Positions 50,983 to 61,086 are shown, counted from the first letter of the stretch. The stretch: 64,000 nt of DNA from an uncultured Candidatus Binatia bacterium (GCA_964291295.2 OZ219754.1:1888001-1952000); one strand, 5' to 3'. A program made the numbers and translations. The notes: generated by a model from the sequence alone, not told the origin.

Positions 50983-51972
50983 CTAGGCGCGCACGGCGGG
51001 CAGGACTTCCCTGCCCAACAGCTCGATCTGCTCGTACCAGTCGGCGTAACGGAACCGGAGGTCGTAGACGATGTGGTTCAGACCGCCTTCCTCGTAGCGC
51101 CGCGTGTCCCGGACGATGTCTTCCGGCGTGCCCGCCAGCAGCAGTCCCTCGATGTCCTCGAGCTTCGAGAAGGTACCGGAAGCGGGCTTGACCCAGGTGG
51201 GTTTCTTGTTGCCTTCGTTGATGAGACCCGGCGCGTTGACCTTGCTCACGGCGGTGTCCTTGTCCCTGGCGATGCTGGTGATGGGGATGGCCCCGGTGGT
51301 CACCATGGGCTTGCCGGCCTTGTCGCAGAGGTCGTGCAGGTACTTGATGCACTTGTAAAAGGTCGCCAGCGGGATGCGTCCGGGCATCCACCCGTCGCAG
51401 TAGTCCACCGCGCGCCGGCACGAAGCCGGGGTGCCGCCGCCGTACCAGATGGGGATGGGCGCCAGCGGCGTGGGTTTGAGTTCGACATCCTTGAAGGAGA
51501 AGTACTCGTCTTCGTAGTCCACTTTCTCGCCGGCCCAGAGCCGCCGCACGATGTTGGCGTTGACCTTGGCCAGGTTGAAGCGGTCTTCCCGGGTGTTCTT
51601 CAGTCCGGCGGCCGCAAACTCGTGCTGGAACGTGCCGGCGCCGATGCCCATGATGACCTTGCCCCCGGAAAGGACGCTCAGGGCCGCCATGCACTGGGCC
51701 AGATGGATCGGGTGCCTGTGCGAGATCACGGTGCCGGTGCTCAGGGTCAGCTTCCTGCACACGGACGAGATCGCCGACAGGATGGCGACGCATTCAATAT
51801 GGGTATTGTCCGTGCCCTCCATGCCATGGGGCTCGAAGACCAGGTGATCACGGACCCAGACGGAGTCGAATCCCAACGATTCGGCCAGCTTCGATCCTTC
51901 GATGCACTTCTCGGCCGATCCCTGGTCTCCGAAATGGGGCAACAGCAGGCCGAACTTCAGATTGGTCGCCAT
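50983..51972 (-). CDS. LLM-class flavin/F420-dependent oxidoreductase
   Basis: KFGLLLP, GFDSVWVRDH, IPIWYGG, REVLPA. Confidence 0.9.
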   Translation of the reverse strand: MATNLKFGLLLPHFGDQGSAEKCIEGSKLAESLGFDSVWVRDHLVFEPHGMEGTDNTHIECVAILSAISSVCRKLTLSTGTVISHRHPIHLAQCMAALSVLSGGKVIMGIGAGTFQHEFAAAGLKNTREDRFNLAKVNANIVRRLWAGEKVDYEDEYFSFKDVELKPTPLAPIPIWYGGGTPASCRRAVDYCDGWMPGRIPLATFYKCIKYLHDLCDKAGKPMVTTGAIPITSIARDKDTAVSKVNAPGLINEGNKKPTWVKPASGTFSKLEDIEGLLLAGTPEDIVRDTRRYEEGGLNHIVYDLRFRYADWYEQIELLGREVLPAVRA

Positions 51973-52236
51973 GCGCAAACCTCCTTGTGGTCATTGGACT
52001 CGAAAGGGCCGCTACGCCTGTCAGGCGCGACTGCTCCAAGTGCTCGAAATGACGCCGTCAGGCGTCATTTCCGGGGGACTTCATGAACGGACCGTGAACC
52101 GATGCTGCCGTTGCCGAGGAGCGTGAGCCATGCGACAGGCTCCCGGGCGGAAGCCTTGCTGAATCGCACCGGGGCATTGACGTTCCGCATGATTTTCCGA
52201 GCGAGCCCCATTTATAGACCCCGCCGCCGACGGCTG

Positions 52237-53214
52237 TCAAGCGCGCCCCGAGCCCGGGTCGTCCTGAGCGCGGTGAGCGGCGTCGCCGCCGATGCGACGT
52301 CGCGCCAGCGCGGCGCGCACGTGGCTCAGGTAGGTACGGCTTACCGGCACCCGATGTTCGCCGGCAAGCCGCAACAGCGTGCGCTGGTTGCGTTTCTCCC
52401 AGCCCCGGACGTGAGGGTAGGCCACCCAGTAGGAGCGGTGTACACGGGTTCCCTGATCCTCCAGCTCGGTGACGGCATCGGCGAAGCGCATCAGGATGGC
52501 GCAGCGGCCCGCGGTGGTGACCACCTCCACGTAGTGGTCGCTCATTTTGAGGTAGATGATCTCCCGCCCGACCTCCGGCGACAGGCGGTCGAGGAACTTG
52601 GACGACGGTTCCGGCGCGGTGCGGTCCGTGCTTGTCGGGGAAGACGCGTTCCGGCCGGCGCTTCCGGGTGTCGCGCGTTGCGCCGCGGTGGCGCCCCGTC
52701 CGGCGGCACCGCCCTTGAGGCGCTGGCCAACGATGTAGTGAATGAAGGCGCTGCACAACAGTACGGATGAGGCGACGAGCAGATATATCCAGGGCAGGCC
52801 GTAGGAGGGAACCGCCGAGCGGACCAGGGTGTCCACGGCATAGACGATGGTGGTCGAAGGCAGCGACGCCAGCAACGTGCCGGTGGCGACGGCAAACGCG
52901 ATCTGGTGCGACGGGCAGGAACGGGTGAGGTAGAGCACCACCACGTACTGGGTATAGCAAAGGGGTGCGCACAGGAATGCCGCGATGCCGAAATAGGCCA
53001 ACCGCCGGACCCAGGTGAGGTCGTGGGTGTCCATGGGGGCCATGATGGTGAATGCGGCCAGACATGCGGCGATGGAAATCAGGACAGTCAGGAACGTCCG
53101 GGGGGCGAGCGCCTCACGATAGGCGAGCTGCCACTGCGGAGCGTCGGTGCCGGCGGTTTCCGTACAGGTCAGTACGGAGTCGGAGGAGTATGGACTTTCC
53201 GTGGTTTTACTCAT
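52237..53214 (-). CDS. Membrane-anchored LytTR-domain regulator (4 TM + LytTR)
   Basis: Four hydrophobic segments, DHYVEV.T..G, RVHRSYWV, VPVSR. Confidence 0.85.
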   Translation of the reverse strand: MSKTTESPYSSDSVLTCTETAGTDAPQWQLAYREALAPRTFLTVLISIAACLAAFTIMAPMDTHDLTWVRRLAYFGIAAFLCAPLCYTQYVVVLYLTRSCPSHQIAFAVATGTLLASLPSTTIVYAVDTLVRSAVPSYGLPWIYLLVASSVLLCSAFIHYIVGQRLKGGAAGRGATAAQRATPGSAGRNASSPTSTDRTAPEPSSKFLDRLSPEVGREIIYLKMSDHYVEVVTTAGRCAILMRFADAVTELEDQGTRVHRSYWVAYPHVRGWEKRNQRTLLRLAGEHRVPVSRTYLSHVRAALARRRIGGDAAHRAQDDPGSGRA

Positions 53215-53260
53215 GGTTTCACCCGGAGCACGGGTGCCGGAGACACGGCAGGAAGAACAC

Positions 53261-53373
53261 GACAACGAAATGACAACGAAACAAAACGGGACGACGAAAC
53301 AAAACGGGACGACGAAAACGGACGACGACTGCGAAACGAAAACGAGGCGAGAACAAAACGTGAAAGAAACGAA
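53261..53373. repeat. Degenerate A-rich tandem array, 18-nt unit gac(a/g)acgaaacaaaacgg
   Basis: Read directly between divergent lytTR and cupin genes. Confidence 0.8.
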
Positions 53374-53582
53374 GGCGCCCGCGTGAATAATTCTCCCGGC
53401 CGGTTGTTCTTATTGTGAAAACAAGCGTTCAAATACGGCCGTAAGGTAGCCGACACGGAATCCGTTGTCAACCCGGACGACGTGCCGTCGAACGGCTGCG
53501 GGCTGCTTGTAGTATCGCTGGAATTGGTCTAGGAATTCCACAGGATGTCGACCGCGCCATACTGCCGGTCGGGGAGGAACCC

Positions 53583-54539
53583 ATGAGCGCAATGAGCGAT
53601 TTCTACAGCGAGTGGTTGAACACGAGCCGGCGGAACGATGAGTTCGTCGAGGGCGCACCGCGGGTGGCCCGCCACAAGGAACTCGAGTGGGTCGAGACGC
53701 GGCAGGACGCCAGGGCGGCGTTGATGATCGCGCCCGAGCTGGGTTTTCCCACCGGCGGCAGCATGATGATGCGGGCCGAGATTCCCGTCGGATGGCATAC
53801 CGGGTGTCACAGCCACGGTGAGGAGGCCATCTACGTCGAGAGCGGCACCGGCTTCATGGTCCTGGACGGCAGGCGCTACGATTTCGGCCCGGGCACCGTC
53901 CTGCACGTCCCCTACCGGTGCCGGCACCAGTTGTTCAACACCGGAGATGTGCCGGTGGGCTATATCTCCGGGCTCGCCTGGCACCTGGAGGCGTCGGTCT
54001 ACATGGGCCGCATGGATCAGTTCGAGGACTGCGGCGCCAACGAACCGGCCGCGCTGGCCGCCGTCGGCCCGGAGGAGTCCCAGGACTGGCCGGAGGACGG
54101 GCGGCGCATCTCCATGCATCAGGACCAGCACGAGCTCTCCGCCGAGTCCAAGCACGGCGCCACCTATTTCCTCATGGGGCGCAGCGGCAGCCGCAACGGC
54201 TTCAAGGCCACGGCTGCGGCCATAAGCTCCATATTCGTCGAGTTGCCCCGTTCCAAGAGCCACAGCCACGCCCATCCGGAAGCCTACCTCTACGCGCTTC
54301 AGGGGTCGGGCTACTCGGAGATCGGCGGCCGGCGGTATACTTGGGAGCAGGGCGATGCGGTCCACGTTCCCCCCGGCATGATGCACCACCAGCACTTCAA
54401 CCCCGGCGACGGCGAGACCCGCGAACTCCGGTTCGAGTTCGGCATCCGCTACTGGCTGGTGAACCAGTGGAAGGGCTACACCACCATCGACAGGCACTTG
54501 AAGGCCATGTCGATGGACGAAGACGACGAGGACAAGTAG
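53583..54539 (+). CDS. Bicupin protein
   Basis: HSHGEEAIYV..G.G...H and HAHPEAYLY...G.G...HHQH. Confidence 0.85.
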   Translation: MSAMSDFYSEWLNTSRRNDEFVEGAPRVARHKELEWVETRQDARAALMIAPELGFPTGGSMMMRAEIPVGWHTGCHSHGEEAIYVESGTGFMVLDGRRYDFGPGTVLHVPYRCRHQLFNTGDVPVGYISGLAWHLEASVYMGRMDQFEDCGANEPAALAAVGPEESQDWPEDGRRISMHQDQHELSAESKHGATYFLMGRSGSRNGFKATAAAISSIFVELPRSKSHSHAHPEAYLYALQGSGYSEIGGRRYTWEQGDAVHVPPGMMHHQHFNPGDGETRELRFEFGIRYWLVNQWKGYTTIDRHLKAMSMDEDDEDK

Positions 54540-54628
54540 GGACGACGCGCGGCCACGCGCCGATTCCGGCAAGGCCCGGAGGAGGCGCGCTCCGGGACGG
54601 CCGCGCGACAGCGTCCAGATGCGCTCCC

Positions 54629-54686
54629 GGTGTCCGTTGGTGTCTATCGGTGTTTCCATTCCATGTCTTGGTGTTTCCTTTCCATG
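54629..54686. repeat. Phased direct repeats: ggtgt at 10-nt spacing and ggtgtttcc(a/t)ttccatg x2 at 21-nt spacing
   Basis: Read directly. Confidence 0.65.
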
Positions 54687-54815
54687 CCGCTCTCGCACTC
54701 CACCGGCTGCTCCGTTCCGCGGCGGATGTACGATGGGGATGCGTGTGCGCGCACGGTGCGGCCGTGATCCTCGAGCGCAGTGACGCGAGTTGATGAACGA
54801 CGGAGGTCCGGACCC

Positions 54816-55730
54816 ATGATTCCGCAACACGATTCCTTCTACGACGTTTTCTCGAGGGCCGCGAAGCTCGACGTCCGCTGGCCCGGCGATGCCCGCATCG
54901 CGGTGGCGCTGGCCGGCAATCTGGAGGCCTGGACCGAGGCGCCGGACCCCCGCATGCGGCGCACGCGCCATGTGGGCGGCTCCAATCCCTTGACCGCGGA
55001 CGAAGTCCGTTGCCGGTACGATTTTCGTACCGCCAGTGAAAACGACTATGGCGGGCGGACCGGTGTCTGGCGCATTCTGCGGATACTCGAGAAGTACGGC
55101 GTCAAGGCGTCGTTCAATACCAATGCGCTCTGTGCCCTGCGCTACCCGGAAGCGGTGAGGAAGGTCCACGAGGACGGCCATGAACTGGTGGCCCACAGCT
55201 ATGCCGAGGACGTGCAACTGGTGCTGCTGACCAAGGACGAGGAACGGGAGGAGATCCAGGCCTGCGTGCGGACCTTCCAGGACCTCGCGGGAGTCCGGCC
55301 GTCCGGCTGGTTGTCGTCGGGAATGCGGCACACCGAGTTCACGCTTGAGCTCCTGGCGGAGGAGGGTTTCACCTGGCACGGCGACGCGGTCAACGACGAC
55401 GTCCCCTATCTCGTGGAGGCGGCCGGCAGGACCATGGTCGTGATCCCCTACAAGAACGCCATCAGCGGCCTCAACGACACCGGCATGTACCGGCGGAGCA
55501 TGAGCGCCCGAGATCTCCTGCAGGCCTTCCGGGACGAGTTCGACATCCTCTACGAGGAGTCCGCCGCGCACCCGAAGATGCTGACCCTGGCCATGCACTG
55601 CCAGATGGCTTTCCCGGCCACCGGAAAGCTCTATGATGAGGCCATCCGCTACGCCCGGTCTTTCCCGGACGTCTGGTTCGCCCGGCGCGACGAGATCGCG
55701 CAGTGGATTCTGAAGAACCACGCCCGGTAG
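54816..55730 (+). CDS. Polysaccharide deacetylase family (PuuE/allantoinase-like)
   Basis: RWPGDARIAV, YGGRTGVWR, HELVAHSY, P.GW, DD.PY, FD.LYEE, LAMH. Confidence 0.88.
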   Translation: MIPQHDSFYDVFSRAAKLDVRWPGDARIAVALAGNLEAWTEAPDPRMRRTRHVGGSNPLTADEVRCRYDFRTASENDYGGRTGVWRILRILEKYGVKASFNTNALCALRYPEAVRKVHEDGHELVAHSYAEDVQLVLLTKDEEREEIQACVRTFQDLAGVRPSGWLSSGMRHTEFTLELLAEEGFTWHGDAVNDDVPYLVEAAGRTMVVIPYKNAISGLNDTGMYRRSMSARDLLQAFRDEFDILYEESAAHPKMLTLAMHCQMAFPATGKLYDEAIRYARSFPDVWFARRDEIAQWILKNHAR

Positions 55731-55864
55731 GGAAGGGCGGCACGGAAGGTGTCCGCGAAAGAACAGGGCAGCGGGCGGGAGAACGTGCCAAGGGTGGTGA
55801 AGGCGGGCGGCCCGGCCCGGACCCGGCGGGACCGCGGACCCCGCCAAACTGGAAAGGAGCGGTC

Positions 55865-56320
55865 ATGAGCGACCACGCGCCCAGGAAGGCCCGGGCCATG
55901 GGCATCAACCACGTCGTGCTGGAAGTCGGCGACCTGGACCAGGCGCTGGGGTTCTACGGCGCCATCTTCGACTTCACCCTGCGCGGCCGGAGCGATCACA
56001 ACGCCTTCATCGACCTCGGCGACCAGTTCATCCAGTTGAGCCTGGGCAAGACCCAGGAAGCTGACGGCAAGCGCCACTTCGGGTTTGTGGTGGACGACCG
56101 GGCGCCGGTGCGGGAGGCGCTGGAACGGCTGGGCGTGGAGCCCCTGGACCCGCGGCTCAACTTCCGCGACCCGTGGGGCAACCGCATCGAGGTGGTGTCC
56201 TACGACGACGTGCAGTTTTCCAAGTCGCCCAATGTGCTCCACGGCATGGGTCTCGCCGGGCTTGAGAAGACCCCGGCCGCCGTCGCCGAATTGACGAAGA
56301 AGGGTATGGCGCCGGGGTGA
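55865..56320 (+). CDS. VOC/glyoxalase family protein
   Basis: GINHVVLEV.D, HFGFVVDD, DPWGNRIE. Confidence 0.85.
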   Translation: MSDHAPRKARAMGINHVVLEVGDLDQALGFYGAIFDFTLRGRSDHNAFIDLGDQFIQLSLGKTQEADGKRHFGFVVDDRAPVREALERLGVEPLDPRLNFRDPWGNRIEVVSYDDVQFSKSPNVLHGMGLAGLEKTPAAVAELTKKGMAPG

Positions 56321-56420
56321 GGCGGCGGGGGAGGGCAGGCTGCCGGCGCCGCATCTCCCGGAGGCGCTGGCTGCCGGCCCTCCGTTCGTGTTCCGGTGCC
56401 TGTTCGGGCGCGTCTCCCGG

Positions 56421-57458
56421 TCACGCCTTGGGTTTCTTGAAGCCCGTCAGGACCTGAAGGTACTCCTTGATCCGGGGCGGCATGTTGTTGATGGCCTTCA
56501 ACGCATCCGCGATGTCCCGGGGCGATACATACGCGATGTTGAGTTTGGCCTTCTGCGTTTCCGCCAGGAAGGCCGGATCCTCCATCACCGCCTTGTAGGC
56601 CTTCCGGAGGATGGCCACGCGGTCCTTGGGAGTGCCCGGCGGCAGCGTGTAGACCCGCGTGATCCCGTTCTGCCCGTTCCAGGCGTTGAAGGCTGCGAGA
56701 TTCTCGCCCTTGAGGATCTCCGAAAAGAGCGGGACGTCCTTCACCTCCGGGTCGTCCGAGCGTTTGGTCGTGATGAAGGGTATCAGCCTCTTTTCCGGCG
56801 GGGCGTCGAGCAGCCCCCGGGCCGTGACCCTCATGGACTCCCAAGTCCAGCATGCGCCGTCCACCTCGCCCGATTCCATCGCCAGCCGTACCTTCGCCGT
56901 GCCGCCGTACCCCGGGATGCTCTTGAACCGGGTTCCCATCTCCCTGTTCAGGAACAGGAAGGGGTCGGTGGTGTTGCCCGGGGCGCGGGTGCCGCCCATG
57001 GTCACCTCCCGGCCCGACTTGACCACGTCCTCCAGCGTCCGGAGCCCCGAGGCGGCCATGAGAGCGCAGGTGACGGAGTCGGACGTCGGCGTCCCGATGT
57101 ACTCGTATCGGTTCGGGTCGATCCTCACCTTCTCGTCGCCCATGGCCTTGGCGAAGATCAGCGCCGGACTCCACACTCCCAGGGTCGTGCCGTCGGGCCT
57201 GGCCCGCTTGAAGATATAGTTGGCTGTGATCAGGCTCCCGGCACCGGGCATGTTCTGAACCACCGGCGTGGGCTTTCCGGGGATATACTTGCCAATGTGG
57301 CGGGCGATGTAGCGGGTGTAGGTGTCATAGCCGCCGCCGGGGGAGAAGCCCACCAGCATGCGCAACGTCTTGCCCTCGTAGAAGTCGCCGGCGTTTGCCG
57401 GTGTGAGGCCGGGCGCGAGGGCCAGCAACGCCCCGAGAATTGCGAGTCTGCGGAACAT
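56421..57458 (-). CDS. Orphan Bug/TctC-type substrate-binding protein
   Basis: FYEGKT....GFSPGGGYD, NMPGAGS, PDG, GY.G...V.LAME.GEVDG, PPGTP. Confidence 0.9.
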   Translation of the reverse strand: MFRRLAILGALLALAPGLTPANAGDFYEGKTLRMLVGFSPGGGYDTYTRYIARHIGKYIPGKPTPVVQNMPGAGSLITANYIFKRARPDGTTLGVWSPALIFAKAMGDEKVRIDPNRYEYIGTPTSDSVTCALMAASGLRTLEDVVKSGREVTMGGTRAPGNTTDPFLFLNREMGTRFKSIPGYGGTAKVRLAMESGEVDGACWTWESMRVTARGLLDAPPEKRLIPFITTKRSDDPEVKDVPLFSEILKGENLAAFNAWNGQNGITRVYTLPPGTPKDRVAILRKAYKAVMEDPAFLAETQKAKLNIAYVSPRDIADALKAINNMPPRIKEYLQVLTGFKKPKA

Positions 57459-57781
57459 GGTGCCACCTCCTGGTTCGTGTCCGGTCGAAGCGCCACCGCT
57501 ACCAGCAAGGCCCTGCCGTGTCAACAGAAAAGCGACGTGATTTCATCCGGCTCCACCCGTGACCGCGGCGCCCTCCGGAACCCGAACCGGCGTACGGCAG
57601 CCACCCTTGCAGGGGTTCCGGGCCGGGGGAGCACGGGAAGCGCGGTTTGCACGCGAAGCGCGGTCTTGTTAGGGTGCAGCCCTTTTACGGTGTTTCCACA
57701 CCGGGCACGGGTTCTCGACGGAGGAGCCCCGACATGGCGGCGCCGACGCATTCGCCGCGCTTGCCGGAAAGGGAGGAGAGC

Positions 57782-58654
57782 ATGATGCGCGTTCGAATAG
57801 GGGGACAGATGTTGTCAAAGGCGATCGTGGCCCTGGCAGTGGCGGCGGCGGGCATCGGCCTGTCGCTGGGCAGTGCCAGCGCCGCGTCGCTCCTGGAGAA
57901 GGCCAAGGCGGGTGAGACGATCCGGATCGGTTTCGCCAACGAGATTCCGTGGGCCTATCCGGGCGAGAACAACGCGCCCAAGGGATTCGTGAACGCCATC
58001 GCTGTCGGCGTTCTGAACGAGATGGGGATCACCAGGATCCAGCCGGTGGTGACCGAATGGGGCGGACTGATACCTGGCCTCAATGCCAACCGCTTCGACG
58101 TCATTACCGGCGGCATGTACATCCTCAAGAGTCGCTGCGAGAACATCAATTTCTCGAATCCCATCGGGATCTTCGGCGACGCCTTCATCGTGGCCAAGGG
58201 GAATCCGAAGAACCTGCAGGATTACCAGGATATAAAGAAGATGAACGCCGTTCTGGTGACCGGCGCCGGCTACAACATCGTCGAGGCAGCCAAAAAGGAG
58301 GGAGTCCCCGACGCGCAGGTCATGCAGGTGCCCGGTTCCAGCGAGATCCTGGCCGCGGTCACGTCCGGGCGTGCCGATGCCGGGGGCGTGACGTTCTTTA
58401 CGGCGAGGAAGCTGGCCGATCAGAGCGGCGGCGCCGTCGATGTCAGCGACCCGTCCCGGCTGCCGGAGTGGACCTACAACTGGGTCGGCATCGGCTTCCG
58501 CAAGACCGACACCGATTTCCTCAAGGCTTTCAACGAGGCGCTGGCGCGGCACATCGGCTCGGAAAAGATGATGGCCGCGGTCAAGGAGTACAACTACACC
58601 AGGGCGCAGCTTCCGGGTGACGGGACCACGGCCTTCGCCTGCGCCAATCGCTGA
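57782..58654 (+). CDS. ehuB: Ectoine/hydroxyectoine ABC substrate-binding protein
   Basis: IRIGFANE.P.AY, EWG.LIPGL.A.RFD...GMYI...RC, GFRK.D; operon order B-C-D-A. Confidence 0.82.
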   Translation: MMRVRIGGQMLSKAIVALAVAAAGIGLSLGSASAASLLEKAKAGETIRIGFANEIPWAYPGENNAPKGFVNAIAVGVLNEMGITRIQPVVTEWGGLIPGLNANRFDVITGGMYILKSRCENINFSNPIGIFGDAFIVAKGNPKNLQDYQDIKKMNAVLVTGAGYNIVEAAKKEGVPDAQVMQVPGSSEILAAVTSGRADAGGVTFFTARKLADQSGGAVDVSDPSRLPEWTYNWVGIGFRKTDTDFLKAFNEALARHIGSEKMMAAVKEYNYTRAQLPGDGTTAFACANR

Positions 58655-58798
58655 TCCGCGCCCAGGGAGGGTCTGCGCCGCAGGGGTACGGGAGTCGGGC
58701 GGCCGTCTTCCGGTGGTTCGCACCACGCATCCGGCTGGTGCGAACCGGCCCCGGCGCGCGGAACCGCAGCTTGCTCACGCCCGCGAGGGTGAGGCCCG

Positions 58799-59464
58799 GT
58801 GCCCTATTTCGATTTCCTTGCGACCCACGGCTCGCGTCTCGCGGGCGGCGTGGCGGTCACCGCACAGCAGGCCGTGCTGGCGGCGGCGCTGGCCGTTGCC
58901 ATCGCGCTGGTGGTGGGATTGATGCGGCTTTCCGGCAACGCCGCGACGCGCGGCGCCGCCACATGCTACATCGAGTTCTTTCGCGGCACGTCGCTGCTCA
59001 TTCAGCTCTACTGGATCTTCTTCGTCCTGCCCCTGTTCGGGCTCACCCTGGAGAAGTTCACGGCAGGTTTTCTCGCGGTGGGGATGAACCTCGGCGCCTA
59101 CGGCGCGGAGGTGGTGCGCGGTGCCATCCAGGCGGTGCCGCGGGGCCAGTATGAGGCGGCGCTGGCGCTCAACCTGTCGCCCTTCACGCGCATGCGCCGC
59201 ATCATCCTTCCGCAAGCCTTCCTGATCATGCTGCCGCCCTGGGGCAACCTGTTGATCGAGCTCCTCAAGGCGACCGCGCTGGTGGCCCTGATCTCGGTCA
59301 CCGACCTCATGTTTCACGCCAAGCAGATCAACGCCACGACCTTCCTCTCCATCGAGGCCTTCGGCACCGCGCTGGTGCTCTACTACGTCATGGCGCGGCT
59401 GTTGGTCTCGCCCTCCATACGCTGGCTGGAGGCTGCCATGGCGCGCCGGATGGGGCGCACCTGA
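58799..59464 (+). CDS. ehuC: Ectoine ABC permease
   Basis: YIEFFRGTSLL.QLYW, GAYGAEVVRGA, PP.GN..IELLK. Confidence 0.85.
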   Translation: MPYFDFLATHGSRLAGGVAVTAQQAVLAAALAVAIALVVGLMRLSGNAATRGAATCYIEFFRGTSLLIQLYWIFFVLPLFGLTLEKFTAGFLAVGMNLGAYGAEVVRGAIQAVPRGQYEAALALNLSPFTRMRRIILPQAFLIMLPPWGNLLIELLKATALVALISVTDLMFHAKQINATTFLSIEAFGTALVLYYVMARLLVSPSIRWLEAAMARRMGRT

Positions 59465-59472
59465 ACGGGGCC

Positions 59473-60147
59473 GTGATGTTCGACTGGCGTTGGGACTTTG
59501 CGTTCGAGATCCTGCCGCGGCTCCTGTGGGCGACCCTCAACACGCTGATGGCCGCCGGCATCGGCTACGGCATCGCCCTGGTGCTGGGGTTGGCCTTCTG
59601 CCTGGCCCAGCGTACCCGGCGGCGGGCCTTGACCCGGGTCGTGCGCGAGGTCGTCGAGTTCATCCGATCGACCCCTCTCGTGCTGCAGATATTCTTCGTC
59701 TTCTATGTGGGGCCGCAGTTCGGCATTCGGCTGTCACCGTGGACTTCGGGAATGATCGCCATCGGACTGCACTACGCCGCCTATCTTTCGGAGGTCTATC
59801 GGGGCGGGCTCGAGGCCGTGCCCCGGGGGCAATGGGAGGCCTGCCGGGCGCTCCATCTGAGCACCACCCGGACCTATTTCAGGATCATCATTCCGCAGGC
59901 GCTGCCCGCGGCCCTGCCCGGCATGGGCAACTATCTGGTGGGGATCTTCAAGGACACCCCCATGCTGTCGGTCATCGCCGTCACCGAGCTCCTGCAGGCC
60001 GCCAACGCCATCGGCTCGGAGACCTATCGTTTCCTGGAGCCCTATACCATGGTCGGCGTGATCTTCCTGGCGATCTCGCTGCCGGCGGCCGCGGGCCTGC
60101 GGCTGTTCGAGGCCCGGGTGCGCCGGGCCCTGGGGATGGGGCGGTGA
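59473..60147 (+). CDS. ehuD: Ectoine ABC permease
   Basis: W.W.FA.EILP, EFIRSTP, GLHY..Y.SEVYR.G, FKDTP. Confidence 0.85.
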   Translation: MMFDWRWDFAFEILPRLLWATLNTLMAAGIGYGIALVLGLAFCLAQRTRRRALTRVVREVVEFIRSTPLVLQIFFVFYVGPQFGIRLSPWTSGMIAIGLHYAAYLSEVYRGGLEAVPRGQWEACRALHLSTTRTYFRIIIPQALPAALPGMGNYLVGIFKDTPMLSVIAVTELLQAANAIGSETYRFLEPYTMVGVIFLAISLPAAAGLRLFEARVRRALGMGR

Positions 60148-60150
60148 TCG

Positions 60151-61008
60151 ATGACACCGTCTCGCACCGGGCTCCGGGTACCGGCACCGGGAGGCGCCGT
60201 GACTGAGTCCGCCGGTCCCGCGAGCCTCGGCCCCGATGGACCCATGGTGCGCTTCAGCAAGGTGACCAAGTGCTACGGTTCTCTCACCGTGCTGGATGCC
60301 CTGGACCTCGACGTCGAGGCCAACGAGATGGTGTCCATCATCGGGCCGTCCGGTGCGGGCAAGACCAGCGTGCTGCGCATGCTCATGACCCTGGAGGAGA
60401 TCGACGACGGAGTCATCTACGTGCACGGCGAGCCGCTGACGCACATGGAGCGGGACGGCGTCCTGGTAAAGGCCAACGCCGCGCATCTGCGCAAGCACCG
60501 CATCGACATCGGCATGGTGTTCCAGCACTTCAACCTCTTCCCGCACATGACCGCGCTGGAGAACTGCATGGAGGCGCCGGTGCAGGTGCTGGGCCTGCGC
60601 AGGGACGAGGCGGAAGCCAGGGCGGTGGAGTTGCTGGAGATGGTGGGGCTGGAGGACAAGAAGGACCAGCACCCCTCCCGCCTTTCGGGCGGCCAGCAGC
60701 AGCGGGTGGCCATCGCCCGGGCACTGGCCATGCGGCCCAAGGTCATGCTGCTGGACGAGGTGACCTCCGCCCTCGACCCGGAGGTCATCGGCGAGGTCCT
60801 GAACGTCATCCGCCAGCTCAACAGCGAGCACAATCTCACCATGCTGATGGTCACCCACCAGATGGGCTTCGCCCGGGAGATATCCGATCGGGTCTGTTTT
60901 CTCGACGAAGGGAAGATCGCCGAGCAGGGCACCCCCGACGAGATCTTCGGCAACCCGCGGAACGATCGCACCCGGCAGTTCCTCTCCGCCGTGCTCCAGG
61001 CGCGCTGA
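60151..61008 (+). CDS. ehuA: Ectoine ABC ATPase; start may be 60199
   Basis: GPSGAGKT, LMTLE, LSGGQQQRV, DEVTSALDPE. Confidence 0.87.
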   Translation: MTPSRTGLRVPAPGGAVTESAGPASLGPDGPMVRFSKVTKCYGSLTVLDALDLDVEANEMVSIIGPSGAGKTSVLRMLMTLEEIDDGVIYVHGEPLTHMERDGVLVKANAAHLRKHRIDIGMVFQHFNLFPHMTALENCMEAPVQVLGLRRDEAEARAVELLEMVGLEDKKDQHPSRLSGGQQQRVAIARALAMRPKVMLLDEVTSALDPEVIGEVLNVIRQLNSEHNLTMLMVTHQMGFAREISDRVCFLDEGKIAEQGTPDEIFGNPRNDRTRQFLSAVLQAR

Positions 61009-61086
61009 GGAAGGCGTGGTCCGCGCCGCTCCCGGAAACCGCCGCGGGGGTCGCGCGGTGCGGACCGACCTGCCGCCGCCGTTGCC

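Noticed and set aside
53261-53373. Possible CRISPR array
   Set aside because: Units are directly tandem and degenerate, with no unique spacers and no cas genes.
57530-57780. Riboswitch upstream of ehuB
   Set aside because: GC-rich hairpins are possible but no recognisable aptamer consensus was seen; an Rfam scan would be needed.
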